The translations under genes were made by a program, and so were the position numbers. The notes below the pieces were generated by a model, which had not been told where the DNA came from, did no database searches, and saw only the letters and a program-made list of their open reading frames with translations. From Limnothrix sp. (GTDB lineage: Bacteria > Cyanobacteriota > Cyanobacteriia > Cyanobacteriales > MRBY01), in NCBI GenBank assembly GCA_049644465.1, contig JBARRZ010000041.1, positions 1 to 58,546 on the forward strand: DNA of 58,546 bases. Direction: 5' to 3'. Below, piece by piece: positions 10,365 to 20,637 of this stretch. Position 1 is the stretch's first letter, and every line of letters starts with the position of its first letter.

Positions 10365-10634
10365 TTGTTGCCAGCTCATCGGTATCTTATTTTCTTGCGC
10401 ATCTCTTATTGGGGCATTGCTGCCCTTGTCATACTAATTAGTAAAGTCCATCGTCTGTTTAGAGAACAGGCGATCGCCCTTGCTGGAGGATTAGGCGGTG
10501 CAACCTTACTCGCGCTGTACTACATTCCCGCCGCTAATATCGTGTTGATGCGTCGCAAAAGTTCTAAACCAAATAGCCCGAAAACCTCTGCTGTAAAAGC
10601 AGAAATGCCAACAGAATATGCCGTAATAGAGTAG
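10365..10634 (+). CDS. Possible small membrane protein or gene remnant
   Basis: 89-aa ORF with two hydrophobic segments; TTG start and no clear RBS. Confidence 0.3.
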   Translation: MLPAHRYLIFLRISYWGIAALVILISKVHRLFREQAIALAGGLGGATLLALYYIPAANIVLMRRKSSKPNSPKTSAVKAEMPTEYAVIE

Positions 10635-11124
10635 TCAGAGAAAGAGGCGATCGCTCTTCTGTACAAAGCTGAGGCTTACCAATATTTCACTTCTTTTGTT
10701 TTAATAAAATGCGATCCCGTACGTTATGGGATAACTCTGATTCTGGGTTGACGGCGATCGCCTTTTTACACAGCTTTAGTGCAAAATTTAGTCTACTAGC
10801 CCATCATCAGCTTTACATTTTTCGACATAACCACCAGACTTATTCGGTCTCAGCTCAATGCCTCGATTTGCCGAGGCGATCGCCCTCAATTTATGTCGCT
10901 AAATAAGTGACTCGTCCACCTTGAAAATTTTGTCCTAGCTGCTTTTCTATCGTGTAGCCTTGGGCGATTAAATCAGGAAAGTTATTCATAGCTTGAAACG
11001 AACTTACAAAAAAAACAACAAAAAATAAAACGCTTGCTGCATACTTATATCTTTAATATTAGTTTGCCCTTTTCCAGAATATTCATCGCTAAAACTGGTT
11101 GGATTTCACCGAGTCAAAAAAGCT

Positions 11125-12711
11125 CTAACCTTGTAACCAATAGGTTTGCATCAGCCCAGATCCTTTGATTTGGATTTCGCCCCGCGACTCGAACAGATAC
11201 TTATGGCGAAGCAGCTCATAGGTTGATTGAGTCACTTGAATTTTCCCCGGCAAGCCCTGCGATTCCATCCGACTCGCAATATTGACCGCATCACCCCAGA
11301 GATCATAGGAAAATTTATTCATCCCAATCACCCCCGCAATGACAGAGCCGCTGTTGAACCCAATCCGTAGCTGGAGATCACAGAAATTTTCTTGATTAAA
11401 AAGCTCGATATACGACATCATCGCAAACGCTAAATCGGCGATCGCCTCCGCATGATTTTCCCGTTCCAGCGGCAAGCCACCCACCACCATATAAGCATCA
11501 CCGATTGTTTTAATTTTCTCCAAGCCCAAATCCAGTGAGAGCTGATCAAACGCCGAAAAAACTTTGTTTAACAGACTCACCACCTCCTCCGGCGAATTCT
11601 CCCGCGAGAACGTCGTAAAGTTCACTAAATCCGCAAACAAAATCGTCACATTATCATGGCGTTCCGCAATTAACTGCGGTTGTCGCTTTAATAATTCGGC
11701 GATCGGCTGCGGCAAAATATTCAGCAACAGACTATCCACCCGTTGCTTCTCGTGATCCAGTGCTTTTTGCGCCGCTTTACGTTTAGAAACATCTTGAAAA
11801 AATAGCGAAATCCCTTCAAAAGCCGGAAACACCCGCACTTCATACCAAGTATGAGTTTGTTGTTGAAACGTCTCAAAAGTCACACCGACTTGTTCCGTGA
11901 CCGCTTGGCGACAGGATTCTTCTAAGTTGGGAAACGTCTTTTTCGGCATCACTTCCCACAGCAATTGACCCAATACATGGGAATTTAGAAAAATACCGCG
12001 CGGCAAAGATTCTTTGGGATCCAACTCTATTGATTCCGCCTCGTCTTTACCAAGAATTTTTAAACCTTCTTGATTAACATAACTAATCTGCCAGCGATGA
12101 TTTAGGGCAATAAAACCGTCATTCATTCCTTCCAGCAAATCCACAACTTGTTGATTAGAGGCTTGTAATTTTGCTTCGACGCGCTGATTTTGCTGTATTT
12201 GATTTCTAAGTCGTCGCACATTGATGCGCAACTCCATCTGGTTGATGACTTGTCGCCCCAACCGTTGCAATGCTGAGGTTTGTGCTGGGGTGAGATTGCG
12301 GGGCATATGATCGATGGTACAGAGTGTGCCGATGGGAAATCCGTCTGAGGTGACTAAAGGGGTTCCCGCGTAAAATTGCACATCTTCGTCACCTGTAACG
12401 AGGGGATTGTCGGCAAAGCGTTCGTCCTCGCGAGTGTTGGGGACAATTAGCGTTTTTTCTGGCTCTAATAAGGCATGGGCGCAGAAAGACATTTCTCTGG
12501 GGGTCTCTGGGGCATCGATCCCAATTTTGGATTTGAACCATTGGCGATGGCGATCAACCAGACTAATTAAGGCAACGGGTGTACCGCAGATATGGGCGGC
12601 GAGGGCGGCGAGGTCATCAAATTCGTCTTCTGCTGGACTATCGAGAATCTCAAATTCTTCTAGGGCTTGTAAGCGTTTTTCTTCGTTGTGGGGGAGGGGG
12701 GCAGCGGGCAT
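11125..12711 (-). CDS. Class III adenylate cyclase with GAF and PAS domains
   Basis: GAF: EEKRLQALEEFEILDS...FADNPLV..FYAGTPL. PAS segment follows. Cyclase: ILFADLVNFT, KIKTIGDAYM, YDLWGDAVNIASRMES (K/D pair suggests ATP). Start set at MPAAP (12711). Confidence 0.92.
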   Translation of the reverse strand: MPAAPLPHNEEKRLQALEEFEILDSPAEDEFDDLAALAAHICGTPVALISLVDRHRQWFKSKIGIDAPETPREMSFCAHALLEPEKTLIVPNTREDERFADNPLVTGDEDVQFYAGTPLVTSDGFPIGTLCTIDHMPRNLTPAQTSALQRLGRQVINQMELRINVRRLRNQIQQNQRVEAKLQASNQQVVDLLEGMNDGFIALNHRWQISYVNQEGLKILGKDEAESIELDPKESLPRGIFLNSHVLGQLLWEVMPKKTFPNLEESCRQAVTEQVGVTFETFQQQTHTWYEVRVFPAFEGISLFFQDVSKRKAAQKALDHEKQRVDSLLLNILPQPIAELLKRQPQLIAERHDNVTILFADLVNFTTFSRENSPEEVVSLLNKVFSAFDQLSLDLGLEKIKTIGDAYMVVGGLPLERENHAEAIADLAFAMMSYIELFNQENFCDLQLRIGFNSGSVIAGVIGMNKFSYDLWGDAVNIASRMESQGLPGKIQVTQSTYELLRHKYLFESRGEIQIKGSGLMQTYWLQG

Positions 12712-12884
12712 CTGAGTTTTCTCTGCTGAATAGTTGTGCTTGGGCGATCGCCTCGATTCTTTGAAAGCACTAGTTATAGTTTGACGGATAGGCGGTCGCA
12801 AAACCGGAGAGGCTCACCAAAATTAAATTCTTTGTCACAAAATAATATGCGATGGACTGTTAGCAAAAGGTTTGGATAAAAGTA

Positions 12885-14108
12885 ATGAATGCTGATTCTT
12901 CTTATGATTTGGTTGTTTTTGGGGCGACTGGTTTTGTTGGCAAGATTATCTGTGGTTATTTATTGGCTGATACCGATGCGACTAGGGATCTGAAGTGGGC
13001 GATCGCCGGACGTTCCCAAACCAAATTAGACAGCCTCAAACAAGAGCTAGGCACAGCAGCTACAGATTTGCCGACAGTGATTGCTGATGCGACAGATGAA
13101 TCGACATTAATCGATCTTTGTAAACAAACTAAAGTCGTTATTTCCACGGTTGGCCCTTACGCGCTGTATGGCGAAACGCTGGTGAAAGTGTGTGCAGAGA
13201 CGGGGACGGATTATTGCGACCTGACGGGAGAGGTGCAATGGATTCAGAAAATGATCGCTAAATATGCGGCGATCGCCCAGCAGTCTGGGGCGCGGATTGT
13301 CCATTGTTGCGGCTTCGATTCGATCCCTTCCGATCTCGGCGTTTATTTTTTGCAGCAACACAGTAAACAGAAATTTGGCGAACCTTGCGAGCAGGTCAAA
13401 ATGCGCGTTAAAGCAGCCCAAGGCGGTTTTTCGGGCGGCACAGCAGCTAGCGGTATTAATCTCATTCAAGAAGCAAAAGGCAATTCCGAATTGCAAAAAA
13501 TGCTGAAAGATCCCTACATTTTATGCCAAACCGAAACTAGCGATTTGACTCACCCGCAGACATTAATTCCGGTGCAAGTTGACAACGCTTTTGGTGAATG
13601 GGTCACGCCTTTCGTGATGGCTGCTGTTAATACGCCTGTTGTGCTGCGTTCGAATGAACTGCTCGATTGGGAGTATGGCAAAAATTTTCAATATGACGAA
13701 GCGATGCTCAGCGGTACAAGCGTGAGTGGTTGGCTCAAAGCTGAAGGTCTAAAAGTGGCTCTTAATGGCTTTGGTTTAGTCGCGGCGATCGCCCCAGAAT
13801 TACTCAAAAAAATGATTCCCGCCTCCGGTGAAGGCCCAAGCCTTGCAGACCAAACAAATGGTTTTTATGACCTACGCTTCTGGGGAAAAACAGCGTCCGG
13901 CCAAACTTGCATGGTGAAAGTGACGGGCGATCGCGATCCGGGCTACGGTTCCACCGCCAAAATTTTGTCACAAGCCGGAATCTGTCTCGCTAAAGATTAT
14001 TCAAAAACAGAAAAAACAGGCGGTTTCTGGACACCTGCAACCATGTTCGGCGACAAACTGATTCAGCGTCTAACTAAATATGCAGGTTTAACATTCAAAG
14101 TTCTGTAA
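12885..14108 (+). CDS. Saccharopine dehydrogenase-like NADP-binding oxidoreductase (trans-acting enoyl reductase family)
   Basis: VFGATGFVG, AIAGR, VGPYALYGE, DYCDLTGE, CGFDSIPSD, SGGT and DPGYGST motifs. Confidence 0.88.
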   Translation: MNADSSYDLVVFGATGFVGKIICGYLLADTDATRDLKWAIAGRSQTKLDSLKQELGTAATDLPTVIADATDESTLIDLCKQTKVVISTVGPYALYGETLVKVCAETGTDYCDLTGEVQWIQKMIAKYAAIAQQSGARIVHCCGFDSIPSDLGVYFLQQHSKQKFGEPCEQVKMRVKAAQGGFSGGTAASGINLIQEAKGNSELQKMLKDPYILCQTETSDLTHPQTLIPVQVDNAFGEWVTPFVMAAVNTPVVLRSNELLDWEYGKNFQYDEAMLSGTSVSGWLKAEGLKVALNGFGLVAAIAPELLKKMIPASGEGPSLADQTNGFYDLRFWGKTASGQTCMVKVTGDRDPGYGSTAKILSQAGICLAKDYSKTEKTGGFWTPATMFGDKLIQRLTKYAGLTFKVL

Positions 14109-14132
14109 TTAAAGCCCATCAAGTTTTGACTC

Positions 14133-14197
14133 AAAAGTCGGGGATTTGGTAAAAAATACAGTCTACTTCGCCAAATTTTCATAAATCCCCGACTTTT
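14133..14197. repeat. Perfect 15-bp inverted repeat with 35-nt spacer between convergent genes
   Basis: AAAAGTCGGGGATTT (14133-14147) and AAATCCCCGACTTTT (14183-14197). Confidence 0.8.
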
Positions 14198-14239
14198 AGA
14201 AATTTGCCAAGACTCAACCATTTATTTTCAAACAGCTTT

Positions 14240-15034
<795 letters not shown>

Positions 15035-15112
15035 TCAACTGGGTTATCATAGAAGCATTAGAAGGGCGATCGCAACACATTCGCCACCAACTTATTAAGG
15101 AGAAAATTAACG

Positions 15113-15436
15113 ATGGCTGTCAAAAAGCAATTTAATAGCTTTGAGGAAATGCTACAAAACGCTGACAAACCAGTATTAGTAGATTTCTATGCCACATGGT
15201 GTGGGCCTTGTCAGGTAATGAGCCAAGTTTTAGAACAAGTCAGCGTACAAATGCACGATGAAATTCAAGTCGTAAAAGTTGATGGCGATCGCTACAACAC
15301 CCTCGCCTCAAAGCATAACGTCAACGCTTACCCCACCATTGTGCTGTACAAAAACGGTCAAATGGCCTTCCGAGCTGAAGGTGTCGTACCCGCACCGCAA
15401 CTGATGCAACAGATTCGCCAAGTGCTACAAAACTAG
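15113..15436 (+). CDS. Thioredoxin (y-type-like)
   Basis: DFYATWCGPC active site; MAVKKQFNSFEEML N-terminus; AAGGAG RBS. Confidence 0.93.
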   Translation: MAVKKQFNSFEEMLQNADKPVLVDFYATWCGPCQVMSQVLEQVSVQMHDEIQVVKVDGDRYNTLASKHNVNAYPTIVLYKNGQMAFRAEGVVPAPQLMQQIRQVLQN

Positions 15437-15487
15437 TTTTTCTGTGATTTAGATCATCGCCCTAAACACAACTTGTTTATTTTTTCT

Positions 15488-15509
15488 AGACCCACAAGGG
15501 TCTTTTTTT
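15488..15509 (+). terminator. Intrinsic terminator after thioredoxin
   Basis: AGACCC-ACAA-GGGTCT followed by a T run. Confidence 0.8.
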
Positions 15510-15696
15510 ATCAGCCAAAAGTATGTTCGTAAACTTATAAAAAGAAGGTCGGTTTTCCTCTTCCATTAAGCTTTGAATTTACGCTACATTAGAGACAGGG
15601 AAGAGCAGATAACCGTCACGAAAAAACGAAAGCAAACAGTTTTTTTGCAGCGAAAAGGGTTTTTCTGATGTTTGTAGGTGAGGCAGGATTCGGAAC

Positions 15697-16191
15697 ATGG
15701 CACAACAACAATTTCAAAGATTTCAAAAAATTATTCGTCAGATTGCTGCAGCTCACACAGCTGTAATTGTGGGTTTAGGCATTGCAACTGTCGCTCCAGT
15801 TAATGCAGTCTCAGCGCAAGAAACAGCCGTCGAACGCGGTACTTTTTTGTATGGTACAAGCCCAGAGCCAAAGCAGATAGGCCATGACTATATGGTCCTA
15901 CGCGTTGTTGCTGAAAACCAAGTGGAGGGCGTACTCTACCAGATGAACTCCGAGTTTGCTTGCTTCACTGGCAATGTCGCTCAGGGGGGATTAGACCTCG
16001 CCGTGGTGGATCCGTTTGAGCCGGGAACGACATACAGTTATCAGCTTCCATACCCATCAGTTTTAGTGGCAGATTCTGGCGATCGCCCGACAACAACATT
16101 CGTTCCAGAGGGTTATCACGCTGTTGGTAGTTTGAGTGAATTAGACCAAGATTTATTAGCGCAATGTGCAACTCTACCTTCAGGAAGATAA
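15697..16191 (+). CDS. Conserved hypothetical exported cyanobacterial protein
   Basis: Signal-like N-terminus (..VNAVSAQE); GTFLYGTSPEP.QIG.DYMV..SEFACF.G and C-terminal L.QC. Confidence 0.75.
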   Translation: MAQQQFQRFQKIIRQIAAAHTAVIVGLGIATVAPVNAVSAQETAVERGTFLYGTSPEPKQIGHDYMVLRVVAENQVEGVLYQMNSEFACFTGNVAQGGLDLAVVDPFEPGTTYSYQLPYPSVLVADSGDRPTTTFVPEGYHAVGSLSELDQDLLAQCATLPSGR

Positions 16192-16217
16192 AGAAATAGA
16201 TTGATAAATATAAACAG

Positions 16218-16248
16218 AAAAATCCCTGTCTTGAAGGCGGGGATTTTT
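16218..16248. terminator. Intrinsic terminator, probably bidirectional
   Basis: AAAAATCCCTGTC-TTGAA-GGCGGGGATTTTT between convergent genes. Confidence 0.8.
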
Positions 16249-16383
16249 GTTAGGAAGGACTATTTCTTTGTAGGTAAATAAATATTTTTGAGTACGTCTT
16301 TTGGCGTAGCTAAGTTGAAGTTTAATGAAGATTATGTTGATTGTGTAATGAAGATGTCGGCAAAAATATTGTTAGGAAAAAGT

Positions 16384-16599
16384 TTATTTTGTAAAAAACT
16401 GCCAGATCGTTTGAGGAATCTCAATAATTTGTTCGGTAACGGCTTCTGAACCAATCCCGAAAGCAATTTGCAGCACTAGTACAACGAAAGCGATGGTCAC
16501 GGCTGTTTTGACGCTGGTTTTGACGATATTGATAAAAGCGGTGAAAACGAGCCAAGAAATGATCAAGGCTGCAATGATCACGATAATTTCTACAGGCAT
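16384..16599 (-). CDS. Small two-TM conserved membrane protein
   Basis: 71 aa; two hydrophobic helices around KTSVKTA. Confidence 0.8.
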   Translation of the reverse strand: MPVEIIVIIAALIISWLVFTAFINIVKTSVKTAVTIAFVVLVLQIAFGIGSEAVTEQIIEIPQTIWQFFTK

Positions 16600-16702
16600 A
16601 ATCGGTAAATTGTTACGACAATAGGGGCGCTACGGCGATCGCCTCAGTGTTTATTAAGGATACAAGCTTGAGCGTAGGGCATGGGCGACTTTTACTTTTA
16701 GG

Positions 16703-17431
16703 CTAGGCGTGGGAATCCTTCAGCCAGTGGTCTTCGTCAGAACTTTCTTTGGCGATCGCCAGATAACTATGCTCTGTCCGTTCCAAAATCAAAATCTTTT
16801 GACCTCGGAGCGGTACAACTTGCGCCCAGTGAGGCAAGCTCGCATTCACTGTCACCATGTTGCGCGCCGCATCATAGACATCCACTTGCCCAACAGTGCC
16901 TTCCGTATAATGCGGTAATTTTTTTGACGAAACAATGCCCTCGCAGCCAATCAGGCGATCGCTGCTCACGTCCTCTCCAAACGACGCAAAAATCTTTCCC
17001 AGCGGATAAGCGAGCATTTTGCCAATTGAGAAGGCGATCGCCCCGCTCCCAAAAAAGATAGCGCCCCCCAAAAAACCCGTCGGTATTGCGCCAGTCCCAA
17101 GACCAACCCAAAAATTCAACATCCAGCCCAGCAGACCCCACAAACTACAGTCCGTTGCCAATAACAACATCAATGGCGCCTGTCCGAAACCAAACCAAGA
17201 CAAAATCGAAAATACCCCAAACCCATCGCCATCCGCGTCAGCATCCGCATCAAGATCACTATCAATGTCCGCATCAACCTCAAAATCAGCATCCACGTCC
17301 ACATCAAAATCTGCGTCCATGTCCGCATCAAAATCGTCATCCCCTCCACCAGAGAAAATAACGAACAAAAATAGAAAAACGCCAGCACCCAATAAAATCC
17401 AATACCCTAAATTCGCAGCGTCAAAAATCAT
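16703..17431 (-). CDS. YqiJ/DUF1449 (NfeD-like OB-fold) membrane protein with Asp-rich loop
   Basis: TM, then (DADxD)n loop, then LSWFGFGQAPLMLLL TM region and C-terminal LIGCEG.V...GQV.V.D OB-fold. Confidence 0.8.
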   Translation of the reverse strand: MIFDAANLGYWILLGAGVFLFLFVIFSGGGDDDFDADMDADFDVDVDADFEVDADIDSDLDADADADGDGFGVFSILSWFGFGQAPLMLLLATDCSLWGLLGWMLNFWVGLGTGAIPTGFLGGAIFFGSGAIAFSIGKMLAYPLGKIFASFGEDVSSDRLIGCEGIVSSKKLPHYTEGTVGQVDVYDAARNMVTVNASLPHWAQVVPLRGQKILILERTEHSYLAIAKESSDEDHWLKDSHA

Positions 17432-18319
17432 TGGTGTTCCGTCACAGTTTTTACGAAGACTTCTTTTCTCCTAGCATAATCCCAAGCCCAAACAACCCAA
17501 CGATCAACGACATGCTTTTTAATCGAGTCATCAGCATTTCTGTGACAACCATCACTTCTCGAGAAAAACTTTTGTCAATGTCACAGCGTAATTTGTAACA
17601 GGCCGCAAACTGATAAATTTTACCCAAACGAGAATGCCAATATCACAGGATTTTCTCAATTAAAAAACGATACTAAAGACATCGAGAACAAACAACAACT
17701 TCTTTCCCATGACAACCAACAATTTCTTTTCTATTTTAAAAACAGTTCTTTTCACCGAAGTCACTCAATTGATGAATACTCCCCAATCAAATAAGTGTAC
17801 AGTCAGAAATCTTACAACAAATAATATTAAAAACCTGTACCAATTTGAACCTAGTGATGCAGTCTTATACTTGCACCACTTATAAGAAAAAGTCTTTGAT
17901 TTCTGTACAGAAAATGCCTATCTCTTGCAACAATCAACCACTCAAAAAATCACCCTTTACTACCTGTCGAAACCCCAATACAGGTGAATGGATAACTATC
18001 AAAGCTTGATGCCGATCCACGGTTATTTTGATGATAGATCACAGCTAATTAATGATTCTGGGTAAAAAATCTTAAGTATTTGTCGAGATACTAGAGACTT
18101 TTCTTTTTCCTCCTCAATGCCTTTTTTGTTTTTTGAAGAATAGAAAAATAATAGCAGCTTAAAACATAATCTCTTCGACTATTGTTGGCTCTTTTAATCA
18201 GAAATAGAAGATTCCATCTAAAAGAAAAATACAAATATTAAGCAGGCGATTTTTTGTTCTCATGAAAAAGAGATTCGACGGTGTCTTTACGAGATAGTCT
18301 ATCTTTGGTGTTTTTCAAT

Positions 18320-18351
18320 AAAAAAAAGAGGAAAGTTATCAAACTTTCCTC
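18320..18351 (-). terminator. Intrinsic terminator of the SD-repeat protein gene
   Basis: GAGGAAAGTT-ATCA-AACTTTCCTC preceded by an A run (U run on the minus strand). Confidence 0.8.
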
Positions 18352-18397
18352 CTCGTTTAAATTTAAACTTTCAAAACGGATTCAACAAAATTCAAAA

Positions 18398-20347
18398 TTA
18401 AGGAATTTCGTTAAGACCTTCAATAACTGTGACATCCTCAGTTGAGCTTTCAGAGTCGGAATCAGACTCACTATCGCTATCGTCATCTGAGTCATCATCA
18501 GAACTGGAATCGCTGTCATCGTCCGAGCCGTCGTCTGAATCACTATTATCATCTGAGTCATCATCTGAGTCATCATCAGAACTGGAATCGCTGTCATCGT
18601 CCGAGCCGGAATCATCATCAGAATCGGAATCGCTATCCGAGTCGTCGTCGGAATCACTATCATCATCCGAATCGGAATCGTCATCTGAGTCAGTGTCTGT
18701 ATCGACATCAACATCAGTATCTGTGTCAGGAGTATCGCTGTCGATATCAGCATCAGCAACAACAATTTCAGGTAAGCCGACGATCACCTCAGTAGGAATA
18801 TCGTTGAAGTCAATCTGAACAAGGCTGATTAGTCCGGGGAAGATTGAAGAACCCGGTCCAACTTGGCGGAAGCAGACTACGTTGCTACGGTCGTACTTTT
18901 TAGGGCCTTTGCCTTTGCCTTTATACTTGCCTTTGCCCTTGTATTGTTTTGGATATGCGACGTAATAACGTTCAAGACCAACGCTGACTACTTGAATGTC
19001 AATATCAACATCAATGTTGACGTTGACGGTTGCTAGCTCTTCCTGAAGTGCTTCGTACTCGTCTTCACTTAAGTCATTGACGTTCTGGGAGTCGCTAACT
19101 GTAGAGTCTGGCTCGTCTTCGTTTTTGAGTACGTCGTCGATGGATAAGAAATTGACGTTGATAGCAGAGACTTCATTGGTGGTGATGCCGGGAGCACAAG
19201 TATTATTGCAGCCAACAAAGCCATAAGTTGTATCTCCGGTATCTGTTTCGGCGATCGCCGCAGTACCCACTGCTGCTACAAAATTAACCGTGCCACGACT
19301 CTCGCCTTCAAACTTGTTCTTCTTGTCTTGCTCAAATTTGAATTTCACATCTCGGCGTGCAGTCCCCGAAAATTCTGTTTCCGCAGCACCACTAGTAAGA
19401 ACAAGAGCTGAGAAAGAACCTTCCGCCTCACCCTTGATGTCGTAATCTAGCTCCAAACTAGTATCGATATCAGCCGCATCGCCTTTGATTTTGGAGAAAG
19501 GGCCACCCAACGTAATATCGACAACAGCATTCTCGTTTCTGCGTGCTTCTAATTTGACCTCGCTCGAACCAGCAGTACCGACTGTTTGAACCTTGAACTT
19601 ATAGTTTGCATCCCCAACGAACCGAATTTCATCGTCGCTAGCATCTAGATCAGTATTGGCATCAGGAATAATACTCTTGCCAGCAAACTCAAACTTTACC
19701 CTCCGCTCGACTCCCGGAATCGGAGAATCAGAACCACCACCGCTACTGAGAAAAGCGTAAGTTGCGGGAAGAGCAATAGAACCACCGCTTAAATCAGCCG
19801 ATAAGTCACCAAGATCTAAATTTCCAGCAGTCGCTTCAAAGTTAGCGGCAGATTCTGCGGCAACATTTACAGCTTTACTGATAAAAACCAAGGGAGCAGA
19901 ACCCACAACTTTCGGGCTAATCAAAGTGCCGTTTTCAAAAGACTTTTGAATGGCGAAATCTGTAACGGAAAAATCGAGCTGGGTTGAAACGTTAGTGAAA
20001 ATAACGGGATTCGCATTTTGGTCATAAGCAAGTCCGGCTAAGCGACCCTGCAAAATACCTGTATCGCCTGCATCAACGCTATCGGTTGTCGAAGTGAATT
20101 GAGCTGCACTGGGTGTAAAAACAGCGGTGGAAGTATTACCGATGCTGGATTCAAGTTGTAATGTACTTAGGCTGGCATCGAGAAGCTTGATATTAGTTGT
20201 GTCTCCCATGCCGGGCATAAAGAAGCCTGCATTACCGGAAAAATTGCCCCCTGTAATTTCGACTTGGGCGCTTGCTTCTGGACTAATGGCGCAGAGTGTT
20301 GAGCCAATCAGGCCAAGGCAAAGAAGCGTTTTTGTTGATGGTTGCAT
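18398..20347 (-). CDS. Secreted beta-rich protein with KG-repeat patch and long Asp/Ser-repeat C-terminal tail
   Basis: Signal peptide (MQPSTKTLLCLGLIGSTLCAISPEASA/Q); KGKGKYKGKGKGPKKY; about 100 aa of DSDDDSDS repeats; GGGAG RBS upstream. Confidence 0.85.
   Translation of the reverse strand: MQPSTKTLLCLGLIGSTLCAISPEASAQVEITGGNFSGNAGFFMPGMGDTTNIKLLDASLSTLQLESSIGNTSTAVFTPSAAQFTSTTDSVDAGDTGILQGRLAGLAYDQNANPVIFTNVSTQLDFSVTDFAIQKSFENGTLISPKVVGSAPLVFISKAVNVAAESAANFEATAGNLDLGDLSADLSGGSIALPATYAFLSSGGGSDSPIPGVERRVKFEFAGKSIIPDANTDLDASDDEIRFVGDANYKFKVQTVGTAGSSEVKLEARRNENAVVDITLGGPFSKIKGDAADIDTSLELDYDIKGEAEGSFSALVLTSGAAETEFSGTARRDVKFKFEQDKKNKFEGESRGTVNFVAAVGTAAIAETDTGDTTYGFVGCNNTCAPGITTNEVSAINVNFLSIDDVLKNEDEPDSTVSDSQNVNDLSEDEYEALQEELATVNVNIDVDIDIQVVSVGLERYYVAYPKQYKGKGKYKGKGKGPKKYDRSNVVCFRQVGPGSSIFPGLISLVQIDFNDIPTEVIVGLPEIVVADADIDSDTPDTDTDVDVDTDTDSDDDSDSDDDSDSDDDSDSDSDSDDDSGSDDDSDSSSDDDSDDDSDDNSDSDDGSDDDSDSSSDDDSDDDSDSESDSDSESSTEDVTVIEGLNEIP
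18483..18608. repeat. Exact 48-bp direct repeat (78-bp period) inside the SD-repeat coding region
   Basis: TCATCTGAGTCATCATCAGAACTGGAATCGCTGTCATCGTCCGAGCCG at 18483 and 18561. Confidence 0.85.
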
Positions 20348-20637
20348 TGTGAAATTCTCCCGGAAAATAATTAGGTAAGTTTAGGTCTTAAGGCAAGTTG
20401 TGATAAAGGTGAGTGGATGCGCTAAAGGCTTGAAGAAATTGTTGGAGATTTGAAGATTGAGGCCAGAAAGTAGAAAGTTTTGAAATAAAGCGAAGAATGA
20501 ATTCTAAGCCTTTTATCCTGAAAGCGGAGTCTGGCTGGGGGAGTAAATGACTGATGGCAGATCGATAGATTGTCTGGCGATCGCCGCCCCAAAGATTGTT
20601 ATCTCAAATAAGACTCCGCTCATTTTCCAAAAGTTCC

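Noticed and set aside
17019..17474. Plus-strand Ser/Ala-rich and Pro/His-rich ORFs
   Set aside because: Antisense shadows of the Asp-rich loop in the YqiJ-like gene
18382..18818. Alternative ORFs over the SD repeat (poly-Ser/Glu, His-rich, Met/Ile-rich), or a CRISPR-like array
   Set aside because: These are shadow frames of the Asp-Ser coding repeat; there is no constant-repeat/unique-spacer structure
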